Under the pieces are notes generated by a model, which ran no database searches, was not told where the DNA came from, and was given only the letters and a program-made list of their open reading frames with translations. Of a stretch of DNA of 64,000 nucleotides, positions 1 through 12,828 are shown piece by piece. The position numbers were made by a program, and so were the translations under genes. How positions within the stretch are numbered: the stretch's first letter is position 1; every line of letters starts with the position of its first letter. Source of the DNA: Eledone cirrhosa (Eukaryota); assembly GCA_964016885.1 (NCBI GenBank), contig OZ024742.1:280612001-280676000 (forward strand), given 5' to 3'.

Positions 1-806
1 TGCAATAGCTCCAACTTCCGCAGTAGTGGCTCGAGAGTCAGTACGTACAGAAGGGAGGAGAGAGGGCATCTCTGTCGGATGGATCGCGTGATATGGAACG
101 GCTCCGAGAGGTAGCCGTTCACCTTGACCCTTGAGCAGATGTTGCTGCTGTGCATTGCAGCAATCCAGCCCCTCAACATGGGTCCGAAGCCTGCCGCCTC
201 GAGCACCACATCCAGGTAACGATGGTCAACCCTATCGAAAGCCTTAGACTGATCCAAGTTGATCAGGGCCCCACCGAAGCCGGGTTTACACCCTACCCTC
301 TCTATGATGTATCGCATTAGGTGGAGATTGTCGTGTATGGACCTGGTCGCGATTGCGCAAGTCTGCGCTTCTCCCACCAGGTTGCACACGACAAGAGCCA
401 GCCTCTTTGCCAACACCTTGGCCCAAATCTGTAACTCTGTGTTGAGCAGAGTTATGGGCCGGAATTTGCCTATGTCATCCCTCTTGTTCTCGTTCTTCCT
501 GACTAACGTGATTACGCCCTTGGCCATAGAACTGGGAATTCTCCCGTTCTGCTGCCAGTTGCAGTAGACCGATTTCAGGAGACCGGAGAACAAGTCCGCC
601 ATTGCTACGTAAAATTCGTAGGGTAGACCGTCGAGACCTGTAGATTTGCATTTGCCGCATAGGCTCAGCGCGTCCTCTATCTCAGCGGCCGAAATCGGCC
701 TTTCGCAGAACTTCGCCTCGCTGTCCGAGTGTCGCGGTAGGCCGCCGAGGTGTGGACCGATATCCATATACCCTCCCGGCGCGCCGCCCTGCGCGAGCAG
801 TTGAGC
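1..806 (-). mobile_element. Tx1/L1-clade non-LTR retrotransposon ORF2 RT fragment, 5'-truncated, runs off the window edge
   Basis: Manual minus-strand translation is open: KSTGLDGLPYEFY...KFRPITLLNTELQIWAKVLAKRL...DQSKAFDRVDHRYL...RQRCPLSSLLYVLTLEPLLRKL. Absent from the ORF track, presumably because no stop lies in the window. Confidence 0.9.
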
Positions 807-1210
807 ATAGATAAATAGATAGATAGATTTCTTTATTAGCCACAAGGGCGCAACAAGAAAGGGGACAATACAAAGACATGCCGGGGATTTTACATACAGT
901 CGTGTAAAAAATATAAAAACAAACAATTTCAACAATCGAAATCCCCAATAGGGGGGAGGCGCCACAAATGGGTTGTTTAATACCCCGTCGATAGAACAAC
1001 CCTCAACTCAAGGAGCGTGTTGTGCAAGTGCTCCTTTCTTCCTTTTGCTCTCTTCCTCAACCTACAGGCTTATAAACAGAGAAGGCCCAATCACTCGGGC
1101 CATTTTCGCTTCATTCACCCACCTTTCAGTAAATTTACTGGGGTGCAGTGCCTCTCTCTCCACCCTGATTCTCCTTCTAAAGTGATACTTAAAGAATGGA
1201 ATCAATTGTT

Positions 1211-1246
<36 letters not shown>

Positions 1247-1275
1247 CTAGATAGATAGATAGATGATAGATAGAT
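807..1275 (-). mobile_element. 3' end of a Tx1-like LINE (ORF2 C-terminus, 3' UTR, (TATC)n tail) bounded by (GATA)n on both sides
   Basis: Minus strand FFKYHFRRRIRVEREALHPSKFTERWVNEAKM...SL* (stop 1062-1064), then AATAAAGAAATCTATCTATC; (GATA)n at 807-828 and 1211-1275. Confidence 0.7.
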
Positions 1276-2356
1276 ATGGGGTGGAATTTGTGCGTGCGTA
1301 TGTGTGTTTATAAAGTCGGGTGTATGTATTCATGAATATATAGGGACTGCGTAGTAAATAACTAGTGCAAACTAATAAATTCAAAAATCCCAGCTGACAG
1401 CGGAATATCTATCTTGCTTGTTAATAAAATATGTACATTTCCGGTACAATGTGACGATGGGTGTCATTCCTGAACGTTACTTCCGTTCTTCCGTTCTACA
1501 TAACTTTGTTGGTACAGATAAGAGAAAAACTGCAATGCTTCAAGGGAAAGATTAAGGGGTTCTTTTGTATGTTACGTTACATATGTCAAGGGAGTTTTAA
1601 GGACTTTTTACCTTATTTATTTAGTTTCTTTTTGAATTTTTGTATTATTTCACTTTACTATATTTTATCAGCTTATGTCTCGCGTTTTCTTTCCTTTTAC
1701 TTTTGATTAAATGATTTCATGGTTTTTAATATTCCATATGGATTGTTGATTTGATAGAAGCGTTTCAGCGTTTATAGTTTCTACTGGATTCCTGGTCACC
1801 ATGTTTAAGTCATAGTGTTACCCATTTGCATTCCATTCTTTCCGATATCGCACAAATGGTGAAAATAAAGAAAATTTTTATCGGTTCCATATACATTATT
1901 TCTGGAAGGAAAGGTAAAGATAATGACTGGAACTGCTTTGATCATGAGCTTGCTTGATTATAGATCACCTGAAGAAAAGAAAAACAACAGGGAGCGTGCA
2001 AAAACATACAGAAAACGTTGTCTTAGTACAGCGTATTCAACCTGAAGTAGTCACAATATATATGATTCCTTTTATTAAGTATGTTCATCCCGTGTCTATA
2101 TTTCAAACCACTTACCATAAGTAACGTAATAAGATTGGAAGAGAAAATGTTCACTATTCACTCATGCACACATTACTTTTTTTCTTCCACAACACTGGTC
2201 AGTCCTCAATAGGTACAATTGTGGACTGTGGTCAAATATTGCTGCTAACGACAATTTTCATGACATGAGGAATGAAATGTAGAGTAATTGATTTATCAAA
2301 TTCAATTTTTTCATCTCTCTCTCTCTCTCTCTCTCTCTTTATATATATATATATAT

Positions 2357-2430
2357 AACGAAGGAAATGTGGTAAGGAACCAAATGGACCATAACGCAGC
2401 AAAGTACTCAATACTTAGGGTAGTAGAGTG

Positions 2431-2433
<3 letters not shown>
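2357..2433 (-). repeat. Isolated 3' tail of the family also at 11518, 13724 and 37079, between (TA)n tracts
   Basis: Shares gtggtaag...ccataacgca...tactc(a/g)atacttagggtagtag with those copies. Confidence 0.75.
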
Positions 2434-2494
<61 letters not shown>

Positions 2495-2497
<3 letters not shown>

Positions 2498-2712
2498 ATA
2501 ATAATAAATTTGAAGACTAAAATCCAAAGAGGGCTCTATAAGGATAAATATATATCAAATATATAAGAACCGTAGAGCAAATATTTATTAAAATAACAGA
2601 TTAAGGTTTAAGCAAAGAAAAGCTGCTTTCACCCTTAACGGGATCTTCTGAGTTTCAGAAGATCCCGTTAAGGGTGAAAGCAGCGATTCTTTGCTTAAAC
2701 TTTAATCTGTTA

Positions 2713-2719
<7 letters not shown>
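2495..2719. mobile_element. Short fold-back PLE-type end in (TA)n, with hammerhead
   Basis: Inverted arms 2587-2651 and 2655-2719 plus about 90 nt unpaired extension 2495-2586; same family at 23265, 27455, 50755. Confidence 0.8.
2651..2701 (+). ncRNA. Minimal type I hammerhead-like ribozyme, U4A core variant
   Basis: AGTTT CAGAAGA TCCC-GTTAA-GGGT GAAA GCA-9nt-TGC TT AAACT; stems I, II and III pair. Confidence 0.65.
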
Positions 2720-2809
<90 letters not shown>

Positions 2810-2884
2810 GTATATATATAACCAAACTTCGGACCATCATACGTGTCTGTCCCTAATTGACACTTTTCATATATATATACAATT

Positions 2885-4935
2885 AGACATAGCGAATTAC
2901 TACGCGTCAGTATCACCTGTAATAGTGAACAAGGCACTCATGAGCGCCATGGCCAAGTCCAACCTCATTAGGGAGGAGGCAAGCCCCATAATAGCAGCTA
3001 GAAAGACGCTACTTAGCTTCGAAGACAAGTTATGGGAGAGCAGGGACAGACCCGACAGTTTCGATATTACTATGGGGTCGAGCCACTCTGCGCAGGTGAC
3101 CGACCTGGTGGGGATCTATCTCCTCCAAAGATTAGCGGAGGAGATCCCAGGGGTCGGCGGAGGAATATACAGAGACGGCGCACTTTTTACTTTCAGTTCC
3201 CTAAACCCCAGCCAGATGGAGCGTATGAGGAAGCACATATCGCACATTTTTAAGCAACACGGCTTATCCGTGACAATAGATCCTAGCACTAAGACGGTGA
3301 ATTTCCCGGACGCTACCCTGGAAATGAATACGGGCATCCACCGACATTATCACAAGCTTAATGAGAACCTGCAATATGAACAGGCAATCGAACCACCCCA
3401 AGTCAGTCATCGAAGCAATAGTTAAAGGGATATCTAAATGCGTATCCACCCTGTCGGCCAACGCAGACGTGTTCAACCAGCACGCCGACTATTATAATGA
3501 GGCACTGCGCAGGGCCGATTACACAGATAGCATAGTGTACACCACAGGCAGGGAAGAGCCTAGCGCCGGGTCATGCGGATACGGCATTAGCAGGGCACTC
3601 ACATAGATAGAAGAAACGACCCGGAACTAAACCCATAGAACACGAGTAGCAGCATAGATCACCATAAGACACAGGACCGACAATAGGACAGACGAAGACA
3701 CATACGGGTGACAGACCACCCATAACACATAGTCAAGAGCCCGGCACGCGCACCACATGCGTCGGGGAAACTAGAACTAGGGACAGAGTAAGGACAAGTA
3801 CGGCTCTAGAACCCGGTAGAGGGAACACCCGGCCCGGTAGCTATGGTATAGCCCCGACAACAGCACCACTTAGCATTAACCAGTCTAACAGTACAGCCGA
3901 CAATATGGAATACCTTAGTAAGCGAAAGGCGTAACCCTGACGCCCACAGTAGACATATAGATAGAGGCAACATAGGAGACGAAATTTTGGGCGGGCAAAT
4001 CCCGAGACGGACTCCAGACCCAAAACACATTCACTGCTGCTACAAACACACAGGAAAGAACAAAACTAGATCTAAGGCCGTTACATGGGTTAACGCGCCG
4101 TATTCTAAGCATGTATGCAGCAATATACCAGGCCTCTTTCTCCGAGCGTTAAACGAGTGCTTCCCGCCGTCGAACAGATACTACAAGATTTTCAACCGCC
4201 ACACGGTGAAGTTTTCCTTCTCCACAGCGCCTAACATGGCCAACTACATGGCCATATCCAACGCGGCGAAGATGGGAAACCTCGACCGTGAACCCCGGCG
4301 GCAGAATGACCGTCCATCGGAGCACGGAGGGCCCCTCGCAGACCAGTCTTCCAACCACAACCGGCTTTCGCGGCGGCCGCCACCCCCGCGGAAGTCCATA
4401 CAATCCAACGCCGGGTGGGAATGGATGGCGGAGGAGAGACCACCCTGTCGGCGGAACAACACCCTGAGAATCGGCAGAGGACCCTAGAAGATCAAGGGCC
4501 AGGCACCCGAAATGAACAACATAACGACAGAATATGCAACTGCAGAGCGGGCACGTAGTGCCTCCTGCGGGGAAGATGCTTGACAAAGGGCCTGCTATAT
4601 AAATGTGTGGTTAGCACACACAATACAGAGCGCACAGACATCGGCGCAACAACCACGACCTTTAAATCGCGGATGTATAACCACACGATCACTTTCAAGA
4701 ACCGGAGTAAGAGGCATTCTACTAGGCTGGCAGACCTGGTGTGGGACTTGAAGGACAAAGGTACCCCGTATGCCCTTGAGTGGAGTATCTTTCGGCACGT
4801 GAATGCATACTCGGCTGGAAGCAGAAAGTGTAGACTATGCCTATAGGGGGGGCCATGGAGCTAGTCAGACTGAAGGATGGTGCGGTCAACCTGAAATCGG
4901 AAATAATCATGACGTGCAGACACCAGAGAAGGTGC
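2885..4935 (+). pseudogene. Degenerate GC-rich Penelope-like element, YRDD-type RT plus GIY-YIG
   Basis: DIANYYASVS, FDITMGSSHSAQVTDLVGIYLL, GIYRDG, SNHPKS, WVNAPYS...KIFNRHTVKFSFST, LYKC...IGATTTTFKSRMYNH...CRLCL across frameshifted ORFs 2925-3425, 3361-3606, 3987-4487, 4580-4846. Confidence 0.9.
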
Positions 4936-6423
4936 ACACTCTCTGCATGGAATCCACCGGGAAGCCCAGGCTAAAGGAATGCGGCGGAGCGTGCGCCGAC
5001 CAAGGCGGTGAAACGGGTTGAAGGGATCAGACACCATACCCTGATGACTTTATATGCCCCGTGCGGCAAACGGAAATAACCCGGGATCTATACCAGACAC
5101 TGCACGTCATCCTAGGCAAGAACATCACCTGAGCCGGGGCAGGCTGACCCAGATTCCACTGACTTTCAGTGAAATGCATTACCCCTATAGGACAATATAC
5201 CTCAACCACAGTGACATACTCCAGTATGGCCTGTCCAAGCACCCCCATCCATGTGTATCTTTTCAATAGAGAGTCCATACTCCACACGTATTCTATCTTG
5301 TAACACATATTATATGTTCTGTATATCTTATGTGTACCTCTCCTGTGCATCTCATACGCATACACTTTCCTCATTCTTCTTTTTTATATATCTCTATGTG
5401 ACGTTATATCTATACTTTTAATATATTGCACGATTATTTTATATATATGTATATACGTATGTGTATATATAGATGTATATATATATATATATATATGTGT
5501 AGATATATATGTGTGTGTATATATGTATGTCTATGGTTATATTGTTTATATATGTGCATGCTTATAACAGGATGCATCATTTCATGTATGACCCATTCTA
5601 TGACCCATTGTGTATCTTTATATGACTTTGTGTATATATCCTATTTGTGTATATATATATATATATATGTGTGTATATATCTTTGTAGGCGTGCGTGGGC
5701 CTGTATGTAAATATGCGCATATGTGTAAGAGTGTATATGAGCTAGTGTGTGTGTGTGTGTGTACAAGCACCCAATGTAGCGAAAGGGCTTGTGTTTGTGT
5801 GTGTATATATATATGTAGGTGTATATATGTGTATGTATGTATATATGTATGTGTGCGTGTATGTGTGTGTATATATATGTGTGTGTATTTGTGAGCGAGT
5901 CTGTATGTGTGCCTGTATATGGGCATGTAGGCAGGTGTCTGTGTATGCATATGTCTATGGTTTTTTTATTTGTTCTCCTTAAGTGTGTGTGTATAGCTGG
6001 AGTATATGCGTAAGGATGTTGTTATCTATGTGATTGTGCGTGTGTGTGTGTGTGTGTGCGTGTGTGTGTATATGTGTGTGTGAGAGCGCGCGTGGGCGCG
6101 TAATATACCAAACCCAGTAGTAATTCATCGAACGGTGGCAGAAAGAAAAACTGATGGTCAGTGGAATCCACACCTGTTGGTCAGATTCACGATGACGTAG
6201 AAAAGCAGCAGCCAATAACATAACAGGACGCGCGAAGAGGATGTTTTTGACGCTAACACCCCAGTGAAGTAATTTGCTCGGAAATGATTAGACGTGTCCG
6301 GCGAACCTGCAGGTCCATAATCAGACATATCAACACAATGATCGTGTCTCGAGCTGTCCGCCGGCGAAACAGTTGTAACACAACCAATAAATTGAATTCA
6401 GATGCATCATTGATTTTTCGTTT

Positions 6424-6488
<65 letters not shown>

Positions 6489-7280
6489 TCAGTATGTGTG
6501 CGTGAGTGTCTTTAAGAATGATTTTTCTCCGAAAAAAAACACCTTTAATCATTGTCAGCTTCATTTCTTGGAGCTGTTCCAGACCCGTATCATATTTCAG
6601 ATTGCTAAAGTATATGACAGATTGCTAAAGTATATGCCCGCCATGCATCTCATGTTTCAGGCTGGAATACACAACGTACTAATAAGCGAAAGTGATATGT
6701 TCTTATCTGTTCACTATTCTATAAATTAGATGATATAATTCTATATATATTTGTCTAAATAAAAGATTTATATAATATGATGCGCACCAGGATTTCTATT
6801 TCAAGATCGTGCGTTCCATAGCTTTTGAGGCTTCTTCTTAAGGATGTCGTGTACAATCCCTTGACAGACGGAGTTAACATTCTCTCATCTTCCCTCTTAC
6901 ATTTGGGATGTTACCGTACATGCATTCATTTGGGATGTGCTTCTGTTGCCACTGCATATCAAGGGCCACGCATAGCCTTTTTAATTAAGTATGCTGATGA
7001 GTTCTTTTATTGGGAAGATGTATTTATGAGGGATCATTAAAATGAAAGAGAAGTCGAGTGGAATGATTTGCATTGTTTTATTTACTGTATCTGTTTAATG
7101 CTATGACATAGCAGATATAGTTACATGTTATATTATTATAACTGTATAACTACTCCGAAAAATATGCATAAATAAAGCATTCATTATTCATAATTGTATG
7201 TACATGTAATTATTACAGAAAGAGGGGAGTGAAAATGGTACACAGGACATGCAAAAGTAGATATAGATAGAGAGAACAAG

Positions 7281-7334
<54 letters not shown>

Positions 7335-7560
7335 TATATATTATGTCCTTAGAATCATTTGATAAAATATATACTCAATTTCCTCTCCCAATTAGCATAG
7401 TCAACCACACAAAAAAACAATTAAACCAGGCTATTAGATTAAAAGGCACCTGTGAAGAAATAATACATAAATAAACGATAGCCATCTATTCGCTGTCAAC
7501 AGCCATAGAATCTTTACCCAGTATGAGAATTTCTTTAGAAATGCTGTGCTAGCAACCTAG
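7335..7560. repeat. Diverged relative of the 12825/13481 repeat
   Basis: ttagaatcat..gataaaatatatact...aattagcata...caatta shared; follows (TA)n. Confidence 0.6.
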
Positions 7561-7963
7561 CAGCAACCCAAGCACTGATGGTGATTATCGCTAAATATTG
7601 ATGTTGATTTTATTATCAATATTAATATTATTGGGAACCCACTGAAGAATTATAAGAGCCCACTTAAATAAGTATTTGTTGATCTTATACCAGCTTCTAC
7701 ATAAATTGGTATAATTTCACCCAACTTGTAGGAATCTTATAATGAAACGAGACGTTCATCTGGGAAGAGATATATTCGATATATCTCATATGAAATAATA
7801 CAGCCAATTTTTCACACAATACAATTAGTTAGCTCCCCGAAAGTTTAATTAGGATTATACTCACTTATTTCCTAATGTTTGTTGAGTGAATTGCGATTTG
7901 GCCGGTGTATCGCTATTAGCTTTCTCCGTTGATGTATTTATATATATATATATATATATATAA

Positions 7964-8145
7964 AGGAACGATCGACTTTCGTCAAATCGGACCGAGGGAA
8001 CAAGGTTTCCGTTGGTCTTTCCAATTGCTAATACTATCTATCGGTCGCAACTCCAGGTAGAAGGAGCAACGTGAAATAAAGTGTCTTGCTCAAGGACATA
8101 ACGTATCGCCTGGTCCAGGAATCGAACTCACAACCTTACGATTGC

Positions 8146-8148
<3 letters not shown>
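7964..8148 (-). mobile_element. tRNA-derived SINE, second family
   Basis: Minus strand B box GAGTTCGATTCC followed by gtccttgagcaagacactttatttcacgttgctcc; 3' part recurs on + at 61436-61540; degenerate copy near 53575-53680 (-). Confidence 0.75.
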
Positions 8149-8219
<71 letters not shown>

Positions 8220-8244
8220 TTATTTATTTATATATATATATATA

Positions 8245-9756
8245 TTGTTATACTTGGGGAGGCTCATATTTGTGTAATATTGCCAGAATTAATAACAGAA
8301 CACACTCATTGTTTGGTTGGTTTTCGCTTCTCGCTTCTGTGTTTTTTATATCAGTAATCTAACTTACTCGGTCCTCAATGTTGCCATTGACTGACCGACG
8401 GTCAAAAATAATACAGATACAATATAGACACAAACACATATATATAGTTTATCATAAATCTTTCGTTGCACATCTGCAACATCGTCAGTGGTGTTATTGT
8501 TTCCTCCTGTTGTATTGAATATATACGCCATATTTATTCAGTCTGTCTATATATTTATTTATTTATTTGCTTGTTTGTTTATTTTATTTTGTCTTCATTG
8601 CGCATGCGTTTGCGTGTGTGTATAGTGTTTTGTTTGCTGTGTGATGGGTGACTAGTGTGTGTTTATGTGCTTGTTGTTATTGTGCTTGAGTATGTATTTA
8701 TTTATTTATTTATTTATTTTATTTTATTTACTTATTTATACTTCTCTTAGGTCAGTGTTGTTTGTTTGGGTATTGTTGTTATTCCATTCATTCTTTCTGT
8801 TTAGTCTTGGCCTTCTAATTTCTACTTCACTGGCCTCTCTGATTTGCTTATCTGCTGGGTCATTTCTATGTTTAGATATTATTCTAATTTCTATGTTGTC
8901 TATGTTAACGTCATGTTGTTGTCTAGCATGTTCGTATAGTACTGACCCGTTTTTTCCTCCTTTTAGTTCGACCCAGTGTTGGTCTCTCCTTTCACCTATG
9001 CTACGAGCTGTCTCACCTATGTATTTTGTTGTCATGTTTCTGCAAGTACCCTCTGTACATCTTATGCTATAGACTACATTTCTAGTTTTACAGTTTATCC
9101 GGGGGTTTACCTTACATATGATACATTTCCTATTAGTACAGTGGGTTTTCTTAAAAGGGTAGGTTTTGCTGATCAGGGATTTTATGGTGGTTCCTGGCTT
9201 TTCTACCACCTTAATTTTTAAGTGGGTCTTTCTCAGGGCCTTTCTACACTGGTTAGCTAATTTCCCTCCAGGGGTAGCGTCCACAAACATGACACTCTGG
9301 TATCTCTGGTTGTCGTGTACCATGAGCTGGCTTTCCCTATCTTATGTCTAGCCCTATCTAAGCTATTCCATGATTTGCTCCTGTATAATGGGCAAATTCC
9401 TTTCATGTCCAGTTCTATGAGGGTCTTATACTTCTCCATGGCTCCTTCGTATACTTTGACTCTGTCTCTTTGGTTGTAGCCAGAGAACTGCATGCGGTTG
9501 ATGAAGTGTTGGATGTGTCTTTCCATTTCTGTTGGGTCGCACATGCGGGACACATTCTTCATCACTCGTACCAAATCTGCGATCAGAATAATAAACTTAG
9601 CACTCCCGGACATTACTGAGTTTTTGAGTATCAGGTATTTGGAGGCCATGGCTTTAGCATAGTGTGAGTGGAGAATTTGGGCTCTCTCGTCTGTAGTGTT
9701 AATCAATAAACAATATTTGTTTCGACACACCATTTCATATAAAAAACCTCGCAAAA

Positions 9757-9757
<1 letters not shown>
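8245..9757 (-). mobile_element. 5'-truncated PLE (same family as 30982-33933) with only the terminal tail inverted
   Basis: ORFs 9257-9754 and 8736-9323 (frameshift near 9320) encode thumb and GIY-YIG (VVYSIRC...YIGETARS); 9709-9757 matches the + strand tail 34449-34497; (TA)n both sides. Confidence 0.95.
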
Positions 9758-9789
<32 letters not shown>

Positions 9790-9794
<5 letters not shown>

Positions 9795-10013
9795 TAGATA
9801 GATAGATAGATAGATATATTTCTTTATTAGCCACAGGGGCACAAAAGAAGGGGACAAATACAAAGGGGGAAGTTTACATACAATAAAAACGTGTAAAATG
9901 TTATCACAGATGGAATTTAAAAGTTAGTCGATTTTCCCCAATAGAGGGAGACAGTTTATATGGGTAACACATACCCCCGAAAAAAATGTGCAACCCTCAT
10001 CTCCAGGAGTACG

Positions 10014-10096
<83 letters not shown>

Positions 10097-10098
10097 AT
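9790..10098 (-). mobile_element. Short 3' UTR fragment of the Tx1-like LINE in (GATA)n
   Basis: tttctttattagccaca..gggc...gaaggggacaa matches 829-870; (GATA)n at both ends. Confidence 0.75.
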
Positions 10099-11398
10099 AG
10101 AGCTGCGTTATTCCGTATAGTCAATCGTAATGTAATAATATAGAGAGTACTCAACGTAAAGCAGTTCAAGCGTCTTTGTTTTTGTAGTTGGTGGTGCTCT
10201 TACGGAGTTAAATATTATAATGAAATGACAGGAGGCTGGATTTGTGTAAATCCTTGAAAGGTTTATTATACTATGATCATTTCAATGAGCGGGTTCCGTA
10301 TGAATCTGGTGATATCATCAGGTATTCGAAATATAATACGTGAATGTAATAGATAAAATCCATGGGGCTGAAAATCGAGGACCCGAGGGCAATCGCTATC
10401 CTGTACTCGGAGTGGCTTAATTCGCCCCGGGGGCCCGGAGCGCTGCCTGTGTTTTAACCGCCACATAGTACCTTTAAATTACAGATCAAATCAGAACTAT
10501 TCGATATATCAACCTTAAAATGTTAAACTGCTTAACATTAAATTTTCTAATTTCTTTAATATTAAATATTAATTATTAATTTTTAACTTCATCCTATAAG
10601 TCTTAACAAAAACGTAACGTTCCAATATTCTGCTCACACATTATAACACACTGACCCCCAATATATTCACCTCTGCTAAGATACGGGTCCCTGTGAAAAT
10701 TTTCTCGCGCCATTCCTGGCCTGACTGTAGTCTGACATTAATATCGACCTTTATTCCTCTTTCTTTCTATCTTCCTTCTTGTAGCCACCAACCCTTACTT
10801 TTCTACTTCTTCATTCTCTTCCTTCTCTTCTCCCCTCTTTCTGTCTTCCTCCCGCAGACTTATCTTCCTTCCCCCTTTTTGTTTGCCTATATCTGACCGG
10901 TAGTAGTTGTTTAGATACGGGTCCCGTAGAATAAAAAACATTTCTTCGCGACAATCCTGGCCTGACTGTAATACCGACTTTCCCTCCTCTTTCTTTCTGT
11001 CTTTCTTCTTATAGCTGACATTAACCCTGGCTTCTCTTCTTCTTCCTTCCCCCTTCTTCTCTCCCCCTCCTTTCTTTCTTTCTTTTGTCTTGTGGCATGA
11101 GATTAACGCTACCTTATGTTCCCATCCCTTTCTGTTTTCCTTTATCTGACCGGTAGTAGCACAATGTAAGCTTTAGCCACGTCACTCGAGGACGACCAGC
11201 TAAGGTAGAAGGTACAGGATAGCGATCGCCCTCAGGTCCTCGATTTTCAGCCCCATGGATTTTATCTATTACATTTACGTATTATATTTCAAATAACTGA
11301 TGATATTACCGGATTCATACGGAACCCGGTCATTGAAATGATCATAGTATAATAAACATTTCAAGGATTTACACAAATCCAGCCTCCTGTCATTTCAT

Positions 11399-11402
<4 letters not shown>
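10099..11402. mobile_element. Non-coding fold-back PLE-type insertion with hammerheads and an internal direct repeat
   Basis: Inverted arms about 10214-10406 and 11211-11402; unpaired tail 10099-10213; direct repeats about 10679-10908 and 10913-11159. Confidence 0.8.
10268..10325 (-). ncRNA. Type I hammerhead, palindromic stem III (mirror copy 11293-11350 +)
   Basis: ATAC CTGATGA [stem II; ACCGG..CCGGT in the + copy] GAAA TGATCA TA GTAT. Confidence 0.65.
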
Positions 11403-11449
<47 letters not shown>

Positions 11450-11517
11450 TATTTTCTTACAAAAAACAATGTCTGAAACGCAGCAAGGCGCGGGTAATTC
11501 CGCTAGTATATATATAT

Positions 11518-11733
11518 AAGAAATAAAGTGTGGTAAGCTACCGGGTGCACCATAACGCACCAGATAACTCGATACTTAGGGTAGTAGTGTGGATAATAGG
11601 AAAAGCGTTAGGACACTGAGGGCTGAATACCGGTCGTCTCGACAGTTAGATCCAAACTATGACCTGCTGGCTTAGTTCGGATCTATCTGTCGAAACGGCC
11701 GTAGCTCGGCCGTCGGAGGCCTGACGTTTTTCC
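11518..11733. mobile_element. Old diverged fold-back insertion in (TA)n; duplicated in inverted orientation at 13724-13940
   Basis: Central hairpin tcgacagttagatccaaacta / tagttcggatctatctgtcga; arms align loosely out to ttttcc(t/g)at; about 75 nt unpaired tail. Confidence 0.7.
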
Positions 11734-11765
<32 letters not shown>

Positions 11766-11766
11766 G

Positions 11767-11811
<45 letters not shown>

Positions 11812-11816
<5 letters not shown>

Positions 11817-12511
11817 AATTAGTATATCTACCAACATATATATACAGATGCATACCTATATATAGGTTTTGTCTTAGTAACTTTGTGGTTTAATGCAAGG
11901 GGATGCAGAACAATTATATGAAAGACGTAAAATAAGAAAATTATAAAAATTAACTTACTTTTTATAATTTTCTTATTTTACGTCTTTCATATAATTGTTC
12001 GGCATCCCCTTGCATTGAACCACAAACTTACTAAGACAAAACCTATATATTTGCTGGCATAGGTATGCATCTGTATATATATGTTGGTAGATATACTAAT
12101 TCTTTATAATTATCTCCAAATTATTTTGTTGAGCAAAAATTTGCCAAAACTGCTGCTATAGTTCATAGTAATAGTTCGGCTACTGTCTTCTTACACCCCA
12201 CTCCTCACTGATTAACCTCAATGTCATGTGATTGATTCTTTTGAATTTGCCACCGACCAAGTAGGCAGTGATTTTTTCAATGTCTTGGAATTTAGTCCAC
12301 ACTTGCTTTTTTCCATCCACTGAATTATTTTTGTATAAGTTCCCTGTGTCCACGCATTGCCTGGGAACTTAGCTGAGAATAGACTTCCTGATGACGAAAG
12401 GCCTTCTCCATGTTCCATTCGGAAACCATGTTTATTCCCTATCAGAAACTAATTAGTTGGAGTGAAATTTTAGTAAGTAAGTTAATTTTTATAATTTTCT
12501 TATTTTACGTC

Positions 12512-12520
<9 letters not shown>
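11812..12520. mobile_element. Fold-back insertion whose + arm is a terminally redundant unit of about 527 bp
   Basis: Palindrome 11812-12108; tttataattttcttattttacgtctttcat at 11961-11990 and 12488-12517; same family at 40916-41452. Confidence 0.85.
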
Positions 12521-12564
<44 letters not shown>

Positions 12565-12568
<4 letters not shown>

Positions 12569-12739
12569 ATATAGAGAAACACACAGATACATGCGGACAC
12601 ATACATATACATGAATATACCCACATCTATCCTTGAGTTAATGGTGCCAACCTTAACCGATGTTGCTCTATGAATAACTGGGACAAACCAAATATATCTG
12701 ATTATTAATTATATCTAATGTTTCTTCTCTCTTCATAAT

Positions 12740-12743
<4 letters not shown>
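12565..12743. mobile_element. Two-piece inverted insertion of the family seen colinear at 42535-42815
   Basis: 12573-12690 matches 42541-42657 in the same orientation; about 12700-12742 is the reverse complement of about 42697-42740. Confidence 0.7.

Positions 12744-12824
<81 letters not shown>

Positions 12825-12828
<4 letters not shown>

Noticed and set aside
5030-5100. CTGATGA...GAAA downstream of the GC-rich PLE
   Set aside because: Could not form convincing stems I and III; not called as a hammerhead.
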